This document shows, in pieces, positions 49,513 through 58,362 of a stretch of DNA of 64,000 bases. This stretch comes from Alphaproteobacteria bacterium (GTDB taxonomy: Bacteria; Pseudomonadota; Alphaproteobacteria; GCA-2731375), in contig CBDDPY010000002.1 in NCBI GenBank assembly GCA_965232515.1, forward strand, positions 4,544,001 through 4,608,000, in the 5' to 3' direction. A program made the translations under genes and the position numbers. How positions within the stretch are numbered: the stretch's first letter is position 1; each line of letters begins with the position of its first letter. Below the pieces are notes generated by a model, which worked only from the letters and a program-made list of their open reading frames with translations, was not told the origin of the DNA and did no database searches.

Positions 49513-50214
49513 CTAACCGTAGCGGTGCAGGGCCGGGCCGTGCCGGCGCAGCCACCGTTCCGCGTCCGCGCGTCCGTCGCAAACCTCGTCGACCAGGCGC
49601 CAGAACCGTCGGCTATGGTTCATTTCCACCAGATGCGCGGCCTCGTGGACGACGACGTAGTCCAGCACCGGTTCGGGCGCCAGCAGCAGCCGCCAGGAAA
49701 ACGACAGCACGCCGGCATGCGAGCAGCTGCCCCAGCGGCTGCGCGTGTCGCGGATGCTGACGCGGGCGATGCGCCGGTCGAGCTGGCGCGCCGCCGCGTG
49801 GGCGCGCGGCACGATCAGCCGCCGGGCTTCGGCCTTGAGCCAGTCGCTCAGCCGTCGCGGCAGGTGCTCGGCCCGGCCGCTGACGTGAATCTCGCCCAAC
49901 TCGGCCCAGACGCCGGCACGGCAGTCGGGCCGGTGCACGATGCGATGCGGCACGTCCAGCAGCGGCAGCACCGCGCCGGTCGCGAACGGCACGCGCGCCG
50001 GCAGCGACGCCAGGTTGGCGCGAATCCAGTCGGCCTTCTCGGCGGCGAACCGCAGGCCCTCGGCCCGGGCGCGGTCGTTCGGCAGGGTCAGGACGATACT
50101 GCCGCTACCGTTGTCGACCCGCAGGCTGATGCGACGTGCCCGCCGGTTGATCCGCACGTCCAGGTCGACGGCTGCGCCGTCGATCAGCACCTGTTCGGAT
50201 GCTTGAAGGCTCAA
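49513..50214 (-). CDS. YgjP/DUF45-like zinc metallohydrolase (M48/SprT-like)
   Basis: SRWGSCS and VVHEAAHL..MNHS..FW motifs; TTG start overlapping the upstream stop. Confidence 0.87.
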   Translation of the reverse strand: MSLQASEQVLIDGAAVDLDVRINRRARRISLRVDNGSGSIVLTLPNDRARAEGLRFAAEKADWIRANLASLPARVPFATGAVLPLLDVPHRIVHRPDCRAGVWAELGEIHVSGRAEHLPRRLSDWLKAEARRLIVPRAHAAARQLDRRIARVSIRDTRSRWGSCSHAGVLSFSWRLLLAPEPVLDYVVVHEAAHLVEMNHSRRFWRLVDEVCDGRADAERWLRRHGPALHRYG

Positions 50215-51122
50215 GCCGCGGCGGCGGGCGCGAACTGCGCCGCGTCGATCTCCGCGAACAAGGCTTCGACCTTTTCGGCCGGCAGGTTAACCAGCGGCGG
50301 CCGCAACCGACGCCAGGCCGGGTCGTCGTGCATGCGCGCCAGCACTTCCTTCATGCAAGGAATCAGCGGATAGCCCTGCAGCATCAGCCGCAGCGCCGTC
50401 AGGTCTTCCTGCAGCTGGTCGGCCTCGGCGCTGTCGCGCCGGGCATAGACCTCGGCCGCCTTCGCCGCGGTAACGTTGGCCGTCGCCGAAATGCAGCCCG
50501 CCCCGCCGGCCCGCAGCACCGGCAGCAGATACTGCTCGGTGCCGGCGAATGTCCCGAAGCCGGGGATCGCCGCGCAGACCGCCTGCATGGCCGGCCAGTT
50601 GCCCGATGAATCCTTCACGCCCGCGATGGTGTCGGGATAGGCGTCGTGCAGCCGGACCAGGAAATCGACGCTCATCTCGACGCCGGTCATGGCCGGGAAG
50701 TCATAGACATAGATTTTCAGGTCGGCGTTGCCGACGCGCTGAATGACCTCGGAAAAGGCCGCGAACAGGCCGTCGTCGGAGACGCCCTTGTAGTAGAACG
50801 GCGGCAGCATCAGCACGCCCGCCGCGCCGGCCGTCAGCGCCGCCTCGGTCAGCTCGACCGTGTCCGGAATGGCGCAGCAGCCGGTGCCCACCAAAATGCG
50901 CTCCATGCCGAGGCCGGCGCCGGCCAGATGCTCGATCACGCCGAGCCGTTCCTTCAGCGAGAACGAGTTCGCCTCGCCCGTGGTGCCGAGCGCGGCCACG
51001 CCGTCGCAACCCTGCGTGAACAGCCACGTGTAGTGCGCTGTCAGCCGGTTCAGGTCGACCGTCAGATCTTCGTGCATGGGCGTCACGGCCGCCGCCCAGA
51101 CCCCGCGTAAGCCGCTGCTCAT
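50211..51122 (-). CDS. Dihydrodipicolinate synthase (DapA-like) family aldolase/lyase
   Basis: GTTGE, PPFYY, YDFP and G.KDSSG motifs; ATG at 51122 after GGGAGA. Confidence 0.87.
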   Translation of the reverse strand: MSSGLRGVWAAAVTPMHEDLTVDLNRLTAHYTWLFTQGCDGVAALGTTGEANSFSLKERLGVIEHLAGAGLGMERILVGTGCCAIPDTVELTEAALTAGAAGVLMLPPFYYKGVSDDGLFAAFSEVIQRVGNADLKIYVYDFPAMTGVEMSVDFLVRLHDAYPDTIAGVKDSSGNWPAMQAVCAAIPGFGTFAGTEQYLLPVLRAGGAGCISATANVTAAKAAEVYARRDSAEADQLQEDLTALRLMLQGYPLIPCMKEVLARMHDDPAWRRLRPPLVNLPAEKVEALFAEIDAAQFAPAAAA

Positions 51123-51188
51123 CGCCGTCTCCCGCGTCAAAGAATCGATATCCCTATCCTACGGCAAGCCGCCAGTCGGTGCGATATC

Positions 51189-51683
51189 TCAGGGCGTCCA
51201 GTCCACCAGATACTGGCTCAACGGGCCGTCGGCGTCGCGTTCCGAGATGATGCGGCCGCGCATGGAAATGCCGGCGGCATGCACGCTGTCGGGATCGCCC
51301 GAGACCAGCGGGTGCCACCAGGCCAGGTCCTTGCCCTCGGCCAGCAGCCGGTAGGCGCAGGTCGACGGCATCCAGCCCAGCGCGTCGATATTGTCCGGCG
51401 TCAGCACCACGCAGTCCGGCACCAGGCGCTTGCGGTCGGCATAGCGGGTGCAGCGACAGGCGCCCAGGTCCAGGAGCCGGCAGGCGACGTTGGTCTGATG
51501 GATCTCGCCGGTATCGGCGTCTTCCAGCTTGTGCAGGCAGCATTTGCCGCAGCCGTCGCACAGCGATTCCCATTCGTCCGATGTCATCTCCCAGAGGCGC
51601 TTGCGGCGCCAGAACGGCGCCCTGTCGGCATCGCGCTGGGAGTTCTGCGGCCCGTCAGAGGATGGCGCGGATCGCCTCGACAT
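51189..51683 (-). CDS. YcgN family cysteine-cluster protein
   Basis: [24 protein letters not shown] and TCAY motifs. Confidence 0.9.
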   Translation of the reverse strand: MSRRSAPSSDGPQNSQRDADRAPFWRRKRLWEMTSDEWESLCDGCGKCCLHKLEDADTGEIHQTNVACRLLDLGACRCTRYADRKRLVPDCVVLTPDNIDALGWMPSTCAYRLLAEGKDLAWWHPLVSGDPDSVHAAGISMRGRIISERDADGPLSQYLVDWTP

Positions 51684-52245
51684 AGCTTTCGGGCGGCGTG
51701 TTGGGGGCGAAATGCTTCATGTATTCGCCATTCCTGTCCATCAGGTAGACATACGCGCTGTGATCCATCAGGTATTCCGTGCTGCTCTCGTCCTCGACCT
51801 TGGCATAATAGACCCGATAGGTCTTGGCGGCGGCCGCGATTTGCTCGCTCGAGCCGGTGAGCGCCTGCAGCCGCGGATGGAAATGCTCGCGATAGGTCGC
51901 CATCAGCTCGACCGTGTCGCGCTCCGGGTCGACCGTGATGAAGATCGGCGTGATCGCCTCGGCGTCGTCGCCCAGCATGTCGAGCGCCACGCTCATCGCC
52001 TGCAGCTCGGTCGGGCAGACGTCCGGACAAAAGGTGAATCCGAAATAGACAAGCGTGTACTGGCCTTCGAAGTCGGCTTCGGTGACGGTGCGGCCGGTAT
52101 GGTCGACCAGCTCAAAGGGCCCGCCGATCGCCGCCTTGCCGCTGCCGCCGCCCGATCGCTCGCCGAACAGCAGCCCGACGCTGAGGCCGATGGCCAGCGC
52201 CACCGCGACGCCCGCCATGATCAGTGAAAACCGCCGTGCCGTCAT
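51655..52245 (-). CDS. SCO family copper chaperone
   Basis: [24 protein letters not shown] and MDHS motifs; N-terminal TM. Confidence 0.93.
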   Translation of the reverse strand: MTARRFSLIMAGVAVALAIGLSVGLLFGERSGGGSGKAAIGGPFELVDHTGRTVTEADFEGQYTLVYFGFTFCPDVCPTELQAMSVALDMLGDDAEAITPIFITVDPERDTVELMATYREHFHPRLQALTGSSEQIAAAAKTYRVYYAKVEDESSTEYLMDHSAYVYLMDRNGEYMKHFAPNTPPESYVEAIRAIL

Positions 52246-52378
52246 GAATTCCCGCCTGCCGTCATGAACCTGTTTCGTCATATGCCTATATAATGGGCGC
52301 GAGGGCGAGGCCCAAGGCGATGACTTGTCGCACCGAGGATGCGGCGCGCATAGCCTTGCGACAGGTAGTGGTTTGACG

Positions 52379-52933
52379 ATGATCCGGTGTATCGCGCTTT
52401 TTCTCGTCGGCGCATGGCTGCTTTTGGCCGCGCCCGCGCACGCCCAGTTATTCGGTCCCGATCCGCTGATCGAGGCGGCGCAGCAGAACGATCTGCGCGG
52501 CGCCCGGGTGGCGCTGCTCAAAGGCTCCAGCATCAATGTGCGCGGCCGCGGCAATCAGACGGCGCTGATCGCCGCCGCGATCGTCGGTGGAACCGCCGTC
52601 ACCCGGTTCCTGATCGAGCAGGGCGCGCTGATCGATCTCGCCGACAAGGAAGGCAACACCGCGCTCCAGCACGCGGCGGCCGACGGCTATGCCGACATCG
52701 TCGATCTGCTGCTGGCTGCCGGCGCCGACGGCAATACACAGAACAAACAGGGCGAAACGCCGCTGATCCGGGCCGCCAAGCGCGGCCATGTCGCCGTGGT
52801 CCGCCGCCTGCTGGCGGCAAGCGTCGACGCCGAGGCCGCCGATTTCACCGGCCGCACCGCCCTCGACCTCGCCCGCGAATGGCGCCGCGCCAACGTCGTC
52901 CGCGCGCTACAAGGCGCTGGTGTGACGCGTTAA
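52379..52933 (+). CDS. Secreted ankyrin-repeat protein
   Basis: Signal peptide and repeated G.T(A/P)L..AA...G....V..LL..GA ankyrin units. Confidence 0.88.
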   Translation: MIRCIALFLVGAWLLLAAPAHAQLFGPDPLIEAAQQNDLRGARVALLKGSSINVRGRGNQTALIAAAIVGGTAVTRFLIEQGALIDLADKEGNTALQHAAADGYADIVDLLLAAGADGNTQNKQGETPLIRAAKRGHVAVVRRLLAASVDAEAADFTGRTALDLAREWRRANVVRALQGAGVTR

Positions 52934-52947
52934 CTTGTTGATTTTGC

Positions 52948-53640
52948 TTAAGTTCCGGCCGCTCTCGCCAGGATGTTGCGCAGGCCGTCGGTGCCGGGAT
53001 TGCTGACGTTGCGGCGGACGATGATGTCGGTCGCGGTCACCGGCTGGCCGTAATAGTTCTTGTTCCATTCGTCGCGGTTGGCGATCACGGCGCCCTCCAG
53101 CGCGGCGCCGGCGAACAGGCCCTTGGTGCGCGAGAACGCCAGGACATCGGCGCGCAGATTGGTCGTCGTGCCCGCGGCGACGCCCTGGCCCAGCGGACCG
53201 GCCGCGATCGACACGTCGGCGCCAAGCTTCAGATTGGTGCTCAGCACCGCGTTCAGCCCTTTTTCGTTCATCAACAACAGCACCACCTCGGCCGCCTCGG
53301 CGCCGATCTGGAAGCCGACGCTACCGGCGCCCATGGTGTAGAAGGCAGGCTGCGTCCAGTCGCCGGCCTTGCTGTCCCGGCCCAGCAGGACGCCGCTGCC
53401 GCCCGAACCGCCGATGATGAAGCCGGCCTTCAGCAGCTGCGGCACGACGAACACGCCCTTGGCCTTTTTCAGCTGTTCCCGGAACGGTCCCATCTGTTTG
53501 TCGTTGGCGAAGCTCTCCAGCGTGATCCGGGCCTTGTCGACCAGGCCCTGCTGCTCGTTGGCCTGGGCCGGCACGCTCGCGGCGACGGCCATGATGCCGG
53601 CCAGACCGGCCGCCATCGCGATTGTCTGCAGACGCGTCAT
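52948..53640 (-). CDS. Secreted SYLF/Ysc84 lipid-binding domain protein
   Basis: Signal peptide; KAGFIIGGSGG.G, GFQIG, S..KGLFAG..LEG and N..YYG motifs. Confidence 0.88.
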   Translation of the reverse strand: MTRLQTIAMAAGLAGIMAVAASVPAQANEQQGLVDKARITLESFANDKQMGPFREQLKKAKGVFVVPQLLKAGFIIGGSGGSGVLLGRDSKAGDWTQPAFYTMGAGSVGFQIGAEAAEVVLLLMNEKGLNAVLSTNLKLGADVSIAAGPLGQGVAAGTTTNLRADVLAFSRTKGLFAGAALEGAVIANRDEWNKNYYGQPVTATDIIVRRNVSNPGTDGLRNILARAAGT

Positions 53641-53729
53641 GATGTTTTTCTTCCTTCCATGCCGCATTGGCCGGCGGTTGCCGGTCGGGGTCGCCCCTGA
53701 ATGTAGGTGTTGAGGACTGCCGTCACAAC

Positions 53730-54347
53730 TTATGGTCCCGTGGCAAGATCGTGCGGCAGATTCACGCCGCCGACGCGCCAGTTGCCGGCGACGCCATCGT
53801 CGATCCGATCCAGCCGGGTCAGCGACAGCGGATCGATGACGAAGCCGAGCGCGCCCTCGGGTGCCAGCCCGAGCGCGTGGGCCAGCGCCGCGCGGATCGT
53901 CCCGGCATGCGCGACGGCGACGATGTCCGCGCCGGCATGCGCGGCCGTCAGGCGGCCGATGGCCTGCGTCACGCGCGCCACGACCTGCGCGAAGCTCTCG
54001 CCGTCCGGCGGCGCTGTCGTGGCGGGTGCGCGCCAGAAGCGCTTGGCAACGGGATCGTTCGCCAGATCGCCCCAACGGCGGCCCTGCCAGGCGCCGAAAT
54101 GCTGTTCCGCCAGATCCGGCTCGATCACTGCCGGTTCGCCGAGCAGCGCGGCCGCGGTTTGCCGGCTGCGCCGCAGGGGACTGGCGACAATCACCGCGTC
54201 CGCCGGCAGTCGTCCAGCCACCGCACGCATTTTGTCGCCGTCACCGCAGTCGGCATCGGGATCGGCTTGTCCGACAATCTCGCCCGTTGCGCCCACGATT
54301 TGCGCGTGCCGTACCCACCACCAGCGAGTGACCGATGTCTCGCTCAC
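53730..54347 (-). CDS. Histidine phosphatase family protein (CobC/GpmB-like)
   Basis: VRHA, SPLRR..QTA, EQHFG.W.G, GESF and VAHAG.IR motifs; GTGA overlap with the LytTR gene stop. Confidence 0.85.
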   Translation of the reverse strand: MSETSVTRWWWVRHAQIVGATGEIVGQADPDADCGDGDKMRAVAGRLPADAVIVASPLRRSRQTAAALLGEPAVIEPDLAEQHFGAWQGRRWGDLANDPVAKRFWRAPATTAPPDGESFAQVVARVTQAIGRLTAAHAGADIVAVAHAGTIRAALAHALGLAPEGALGFVIDPLSLTRLDRIDDGVAGNWRVGGVNLPHDLATGP

Positions 54348-55141
54348 GTGCTGGACCCGGCAACCCGTTCCGGATCGAACCAGCCGGCCGCCTTCAGTTG
54401 TGGTTGAAAGCTGCGGCTGACCGGCACGCGCAGGCCGTTCACCAGCACCAGCACGATCTTGCGGCCGTCGCGCTCCACGTTCGCAACCGCCGCCCGCGCC
54501 ACCCAATAGCCGCGATGCACCTGCAGGCCGTCGGCGCCCTCCAGCTCGGCCAGCGCATCCCGCAGGCGATGCAGGATCAGGTCGTCGCCGACCGCCGTGT
54601 GCACGCGCAGGTAATGGTCTTCTGTCTCCAGACACAGCAGCTCGCGTCCCAGTGTCGCGGGAATCCGGCGCAGAAATGCCGGTTCGCTCTGCGTGTCGCC
54701 ATCGGGTGGCGTGTTCACCCCGTCCGGCCATCGCAGCCGGTACAACGCGAACAGCGGTACCGTGATGGCCAGGCTGAGGACGACCACATAGACGTAGATC
54801 TGCCCCCAGGGCGGCAGATAGCCGAGCGCATTGGGGCGGAACGTGGTTTCCAGCCAGATCACCTCGAAGGTCGCCGGCACGGCGGCCAGCAGGCAGGCGG
54901 CGACGGTCTGCAACGGCCAGGCGAGGTTCCGGTCCCCGCTCAGGCGCTCGACGGCCCAGAGCGCTGCCGTGATCTGCAGCCAGTTCACTACGATGATGCC
55001 CAACCAGTAGATCAGGCGCTCCGACAGCGTCAGATCCAGGTAGGTGCCGAACGGACCGATCATGGCCAGCACCGCGCCGATGCCGGCGGTCACCGCGCCT
55101 TGTCGCAATAATCTCAGATGCGTGCCTGTCATTTCGCGCAT
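54344..55141 (-). CDS. Membrane-anchored LytTR-family DNA-binding protein
   Basis: About 4 hydrophobic N-terminal helices, then EDHYLRVHT, G..VHR.YWVA and VPVSR LytTR motifs; no receiver domain. Confidence 0.88.
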   Translation of the reverse strand: MREMTGTHLRLLRQGAVTAGIGAVLAMIGPFGTYLDLTLSERLIYWLGIIVVNWLQITAALWAVERLSGDRNLAWPLQTVAACLLAAVPATFEVIWLETTFRPNALGYLPPWGQIYVYVVVLSLAITVPLFALYRLRWPDGVNTPPDGDTQSEPAFLRRIPATLGRELLCLETEDHYLRVHTAVGDDLILHRLRDALAELEGADGLQVHRGYWVARAAVANVERDGRKIVLVLVNGLRVPVSRSFQPQLKAAGWFDPERVAGSST

Positions 55142-55272
55142 CGTGAACGGGAATCGGTCCCTTTTAACGAAGTATAGGGTGCGTCTCGCGAAGATGAATG
55201 GGGGTCGCCGTTCCTGATCGTAATTGCCGTCCTTAGCTTGCAGCCGACGGAACGACAGCAGGGGATCCGACC

Positions 55273-55698
55273 ATGTATCGATGCCTATCGCTTCTCATTG
55301 CCATCGGCGTCACCATATCCGCGCCGGCCGCGGCAGGCGATCTTGAAATCCGTATCGGCGGGGTCAGCAATGGCGACGGTCGGGTGATGGTCGCCGTGTT
55401 CGATGCCGCCGAACGCTTCATGGGCGACAACACCCAGACGGCGGCATTGATGCTCCCGGCGCAAAAAGGCGTCGTCCGGGCCGTGATCGGCGACCTGCCG
55501 CCCGGCACATATGCGATCTCGGTTTACCACGACGCCAACGGTAATCAGGAGCTCGACACCAACATGCTTGGGATGCCGCGCGAGGGCTACGGCTTCTCCA
55601 ACGATGCCCGCGGCATTGCCGGCCCGCCCAGCTTCCAGGCCGCTTCCTTCGAGATCGGCGCCGATCCGGCGGTGGTCGATTTGCGGTTGGCCTACTAA
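55273..55698 (+). CDS. Secreted DUF2141-family protein
   Basis: Signal peptide; G.YAISVYHD.NGN..LD.N.LG.P.EGYGFSN and GPP.F motifs. Confidence 0.85.
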   Translation: MYRCLSLLIAIGVTISAPAAAGDLEIRIGGVSNGDGRVMVAVFDAAERFMGDNTQTAALMLPAQKGVVRAVIGDLPPGTYAISVYHDANGNQELDTNMLGMPREGYGFSNDARGIAGPPSFQAASFEIGADPAVVDLRLAY

Positions 55699-55708
55699 GG
55701 AGGCGACG

Positions 55709-57244
55709 ATGCATCGACGACACTTCCTCGCCGCGTCGGCCGCGCTGGCCGTCCATTCGTCGCTCGAGCCCGGCCTGCTGATCCGGGCCGCGGCGGCTGC
55801 CGCCGGCGACGATTGGGGGCCGGCATTTGCCGCGGCTCGCGCGCAAAAACCCTGGCTGGTCGGCTTTGAGACTCCGTCCGGGGATCGCCTGGAAACGCCT
55901 CGACTCGAAACCGACGGAACCTGGCCGGCCGAACTCGCCGGCGCCTTCTACCGCAACGGTCCGGCGCGGCACGTGGTTGCCGGCCATCGCTACCGGCATT
56001 GGTTCGACGGCGACGGTATGTTGCAGAAGTTCACGATCGCCGACGGCCGCGTCGCGCATCTCGGCCGCTACATCGCCACGTCGAAATACACGTCCGAAGT
56101 CGCCGCCAACCGGCCGCTTGCCCACGGTTTCGGCACCCGCATGCCCGATGTGCCGCCGGCTTCCTCGCCGGACGCGGTCAATCCCGCCAATATCAGCGTG
56201 ATTGCTCATGCCGGCCGGCTGCTGGCCCTGTGGGAGGCCGGCAGCCCGCACGAAATCGATCCGGCGACGCTCGACACGATCGGCCGGCATGCCTGGTCGG
56301 ACGACACGTCGGGGATGCCGTTCACGGCCCATCCCCGTGTCGACCGGGACGGCAGCCTCTGGGGCTTCGGCTATGCGCTGTTCCGCGGCGCGCTGGTGCT
56401 CTACCACATCGGTCCCGACGGCAGGCTGCGCAAGGCCGGCCTGTTGCCGGTGCCGGATCTGGGCATGGTGCACGACTTCGTGGTCACCGCGCGCCACATC
56501 GTCATTCCGATCCCGCCGTTGGCATTCGAGGCGGACCGTGTGGCCGACGGCGCCAGCTTCCTCGACGCCCATGTCTGGAAGCCGGCGCTCGGCACCCGGG
56601 TGCTGCTGGTCGACAAGAACGATTTCAGTCGGTTCGAATGGCGGCAGTTGCCGCCGCAATGGATCTTCCACTACGGCAATGCCTGGGAAGACGCCGACGG
56701 CGCCATCCGCTTCGATGCCTGCCGCTACGACGATCCGGACGTCATGTTCTCGCTGTTGCGCTACGTCATGTGCGGCGAGGTGCGTCCGGCGGCGCCGGCC
56801 TACGCGGTGCAGACGGTGCTGCGTCCCGGCGGGGCGGTCGAACAACAGGTGATCACCGATCAGGCCGGCGCTGAGTTTCCGCGCATCGATCCACGCCGCG
56901 GCGCCGTGCGCTACCGCCAACTCTATTGCGTGCTCGGGCTTGGCCGCAGCGACACCACGCATCCCTTCGCAAACACGATCGCGCGCCACGATCTCGAAAC
57001 CGGCGGCTGGGACGTCCATCGCTATGGGCCCGACGAGATCGTCGAGGAGCATGTCTTCGTACCGCGGCCGGGTTCGGTGGACGAGGGCGACGGTTGGCTG
57101 CTGGGCACCACGCTCGACGCCGGCGCCGGCGTCACCCGGCTGAACCTGCTGGACGCCCGCCGGCTCGGCGACGGACCCGTGGCGCGGGCGCATCTGCCCT
57201 ACCCATTGCCGCTTGGCTTGCATGGTAACTTCGTGGGCGCGTAA
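55709..57244 (+). CDS. Carotenoid cleavage oxygenase family (RPE65/CCD) protein with Tat signal peptide
   Basis: MHRRHFLAA Tat motif after AAGGAGG; YRNGP, HWFDGDGM, FTAHP, MVHDF, FHYGNAWE, EFPRID and GLHGNF motifs. Confidence 0.92.
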   Translation: MHRRHFLAASAALAVHSSLEPGLLIRAAAAAAGDDWGPAFAAARAQKPWLVGFETPSGDRLETPRLETDGTWPAELAGAFYRNGPARHVVAGHRYRHWFDGDGMLQKFTIADGRVAHLGRYIATSKYTSEVAANRPLAHGFGTRMPDVPPASSPDAVNPANISVIAHAGRLLALWEAGSPHEIDPATLDTIGRHAWSDDTSGMPFTAHPRVDRDGSLWGFGYALFRGALVLYHIGPDGRLRKAGLLPVPDLGMVHDFVVTARHIVIPIPPLAFEADRVADGASFLDAHVWKPALGTRVLLVDKNDFSRFEWRQLPPQWIFHYGNAWEDADGAIRFDACRYDDPDVMFSLLRYVMCGEVRPAAPAYAVQTVLRPGGAVEQQVITDQAGAEFPRIDPRRGAVRYRQLYCVLGLGRSDTTHPFANTIARHDLETGGWDVHRYGPDEIVEEHVFVPRPGSVDEGDGWLLGTTLDAGAGVTRLNLLDARRLGDGPVARAHLPYPLPLGLHGNFVGA

Positions 57245-57286
57245 CGCACTGGAATTTCCGCACTTTGGGCCGATATCCTGTGGGCA

Positions 57287-58288
57287 ATGTCGTCCCAGCG
57301 TCCCTATCACCATACCGCCGACGGCCGGTTCCGGAACCCGCCCGGCAGTCCGTCGCGCACGACGCGCCTGCATAACATGGCCCGCTTCCTCTGGCGGCAG
57401 GCGCGCAACAACGGCGTGGTGCGCGAGTTGCCAGACGGCCATGTCCTGCCGACGGATCAGGCTCTCGCCGGTCTTGCCGCGCTCAATGGCGAAAACGGGG
57501 TCACTTGGCTCGGTCATGCCGCGTTTCTGATCCGTATCGCGGGCAAGACCGTGCTCACCGATCCTTATTTGTCCCCGGTGGCCGGGCCCGGGCGGTTCGG
57601 ACCGCGGCGCTACGTGCCGCCTGGCATTCCCGTCGACCGGCTGCCGCCCATCGACGTGCTGGTGGTCAGCCACAATCACTATGACCATCTGGACGAGGTG
57701 ACGCTGAAGGCGCTGCCGGACAAGGACCGGATCGAGGTGGTGGTGCCGCTCAGGCTCGGCGACTTCTTCCGCCGCCGCGGATTCACGCGGGTGCATGAGC
57801 TCGACTGGTACGACGACATCGCTTTCGACGGTGTGACCGTGACGGCCCTGCCGGCGGTGCACTTCTCACGCCGCGGCGCCTTCGATCTGAACCGCACGCT
57901 CTGGGCCGCCTTCGCCATCGCCTCGGCCGACAATCGCCTGTTTTTCGGCGGCGATACGGCCTATGGCGACGTATTCCGCGAGATCGGCGAGCGGGTCGGT
58001 CCCTTCGACCTCGGCATTATCGGCATCGGCGCCTACCTGCCGCGCGAGATCATGCGGGCGTCGCACGCGACGCCCGAGGAGGCCGTGCAGATCGCCCAGG
58101 ACCTCCGCGCGCATGCCGTGCTCGGCATGCATTGGGGCACTGTCGTCTTGACCGAGGAAGCGCCGTTCGAGCCGCCGGAGCGCCTGCGCCGCGCCGCTGC
58201 CGCGGCCGGCCTCAGCGACGAGCAGGTCTGGCTGCTGGCGATCGGCGAAACCCGCCCCCTGCCCACGGGCTGGCCGTCGAACAGATGA
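57287..58288 (+). CDS. MBL-fold metallohydrolase (NAPE-PLD/RomA-like)
   Basis: WLGHA, LTDP, SHNHYDHLD, FGGDT, IGAY.PR and MHWGT motifs. Confidence 0.9.
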   Translation: MSSQRPYHHTADGRFRNPPGSPSRTTRLHNMARFLWRQARNNGVVRELPDGHVLPTDQALAGLAALNGENGVTWLGHAAFLIRIAGKTVLTDPYLSPVAGPGRFGPRRYVPPGIPVDRLPPIDVLVVSHNHYDHLDEVTLKALPDKDRIEVVVPLRLGDFFRRRGFTRVHELDWYDDIAFDGVTVTALPAVHFSRRGAFDLNRTLWAAFAIASADNRLFFGGDTAYGDVFREIGERVGPFDLGIIGIGAYLPREIMRASHATPEEAVQIAQDLRAHAVLGMHWGTVVLTEEAPFEPPERLRRAAAAAGLSDEQVWLLAIGETRPLPTGWPSNR

Positions 58289-58306
58289 GCACAACTTGCG
58301 GGGGGT

Positions 58307-58362
58307 AATTACGGGGACAGTAACCTTAATTCGAACGAATTAAGGTTACTGTCCCCGTAATT
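58307..58362. repeat. 56-bp palindrome (perfect 27-bp inverted repeat, 2-nt spacer)
   Basis: AATTACGGGGACAGTAACCTTAATTCG-aa-CGAATTAAGGTTACTGTCCCCGTAATT between convergent genes. Confidence 0.95.

Noticed and set aside
52379-52933. Ankyrin protein as a host-interaction effector
   Set aside because: It is a small signal-peptide ankyrin protein next to SCO/ycgN, a commonplace alphaproteobacterial context, and no secretion system lies nearby.
58307-58362. CRISPR repeat or IS terminal inverted repeats
   Set aside because: Single unit with no spacers, cas genes or transposase. The arms are adjacent and enclose no cargo. Kept only as a palindrome finding.
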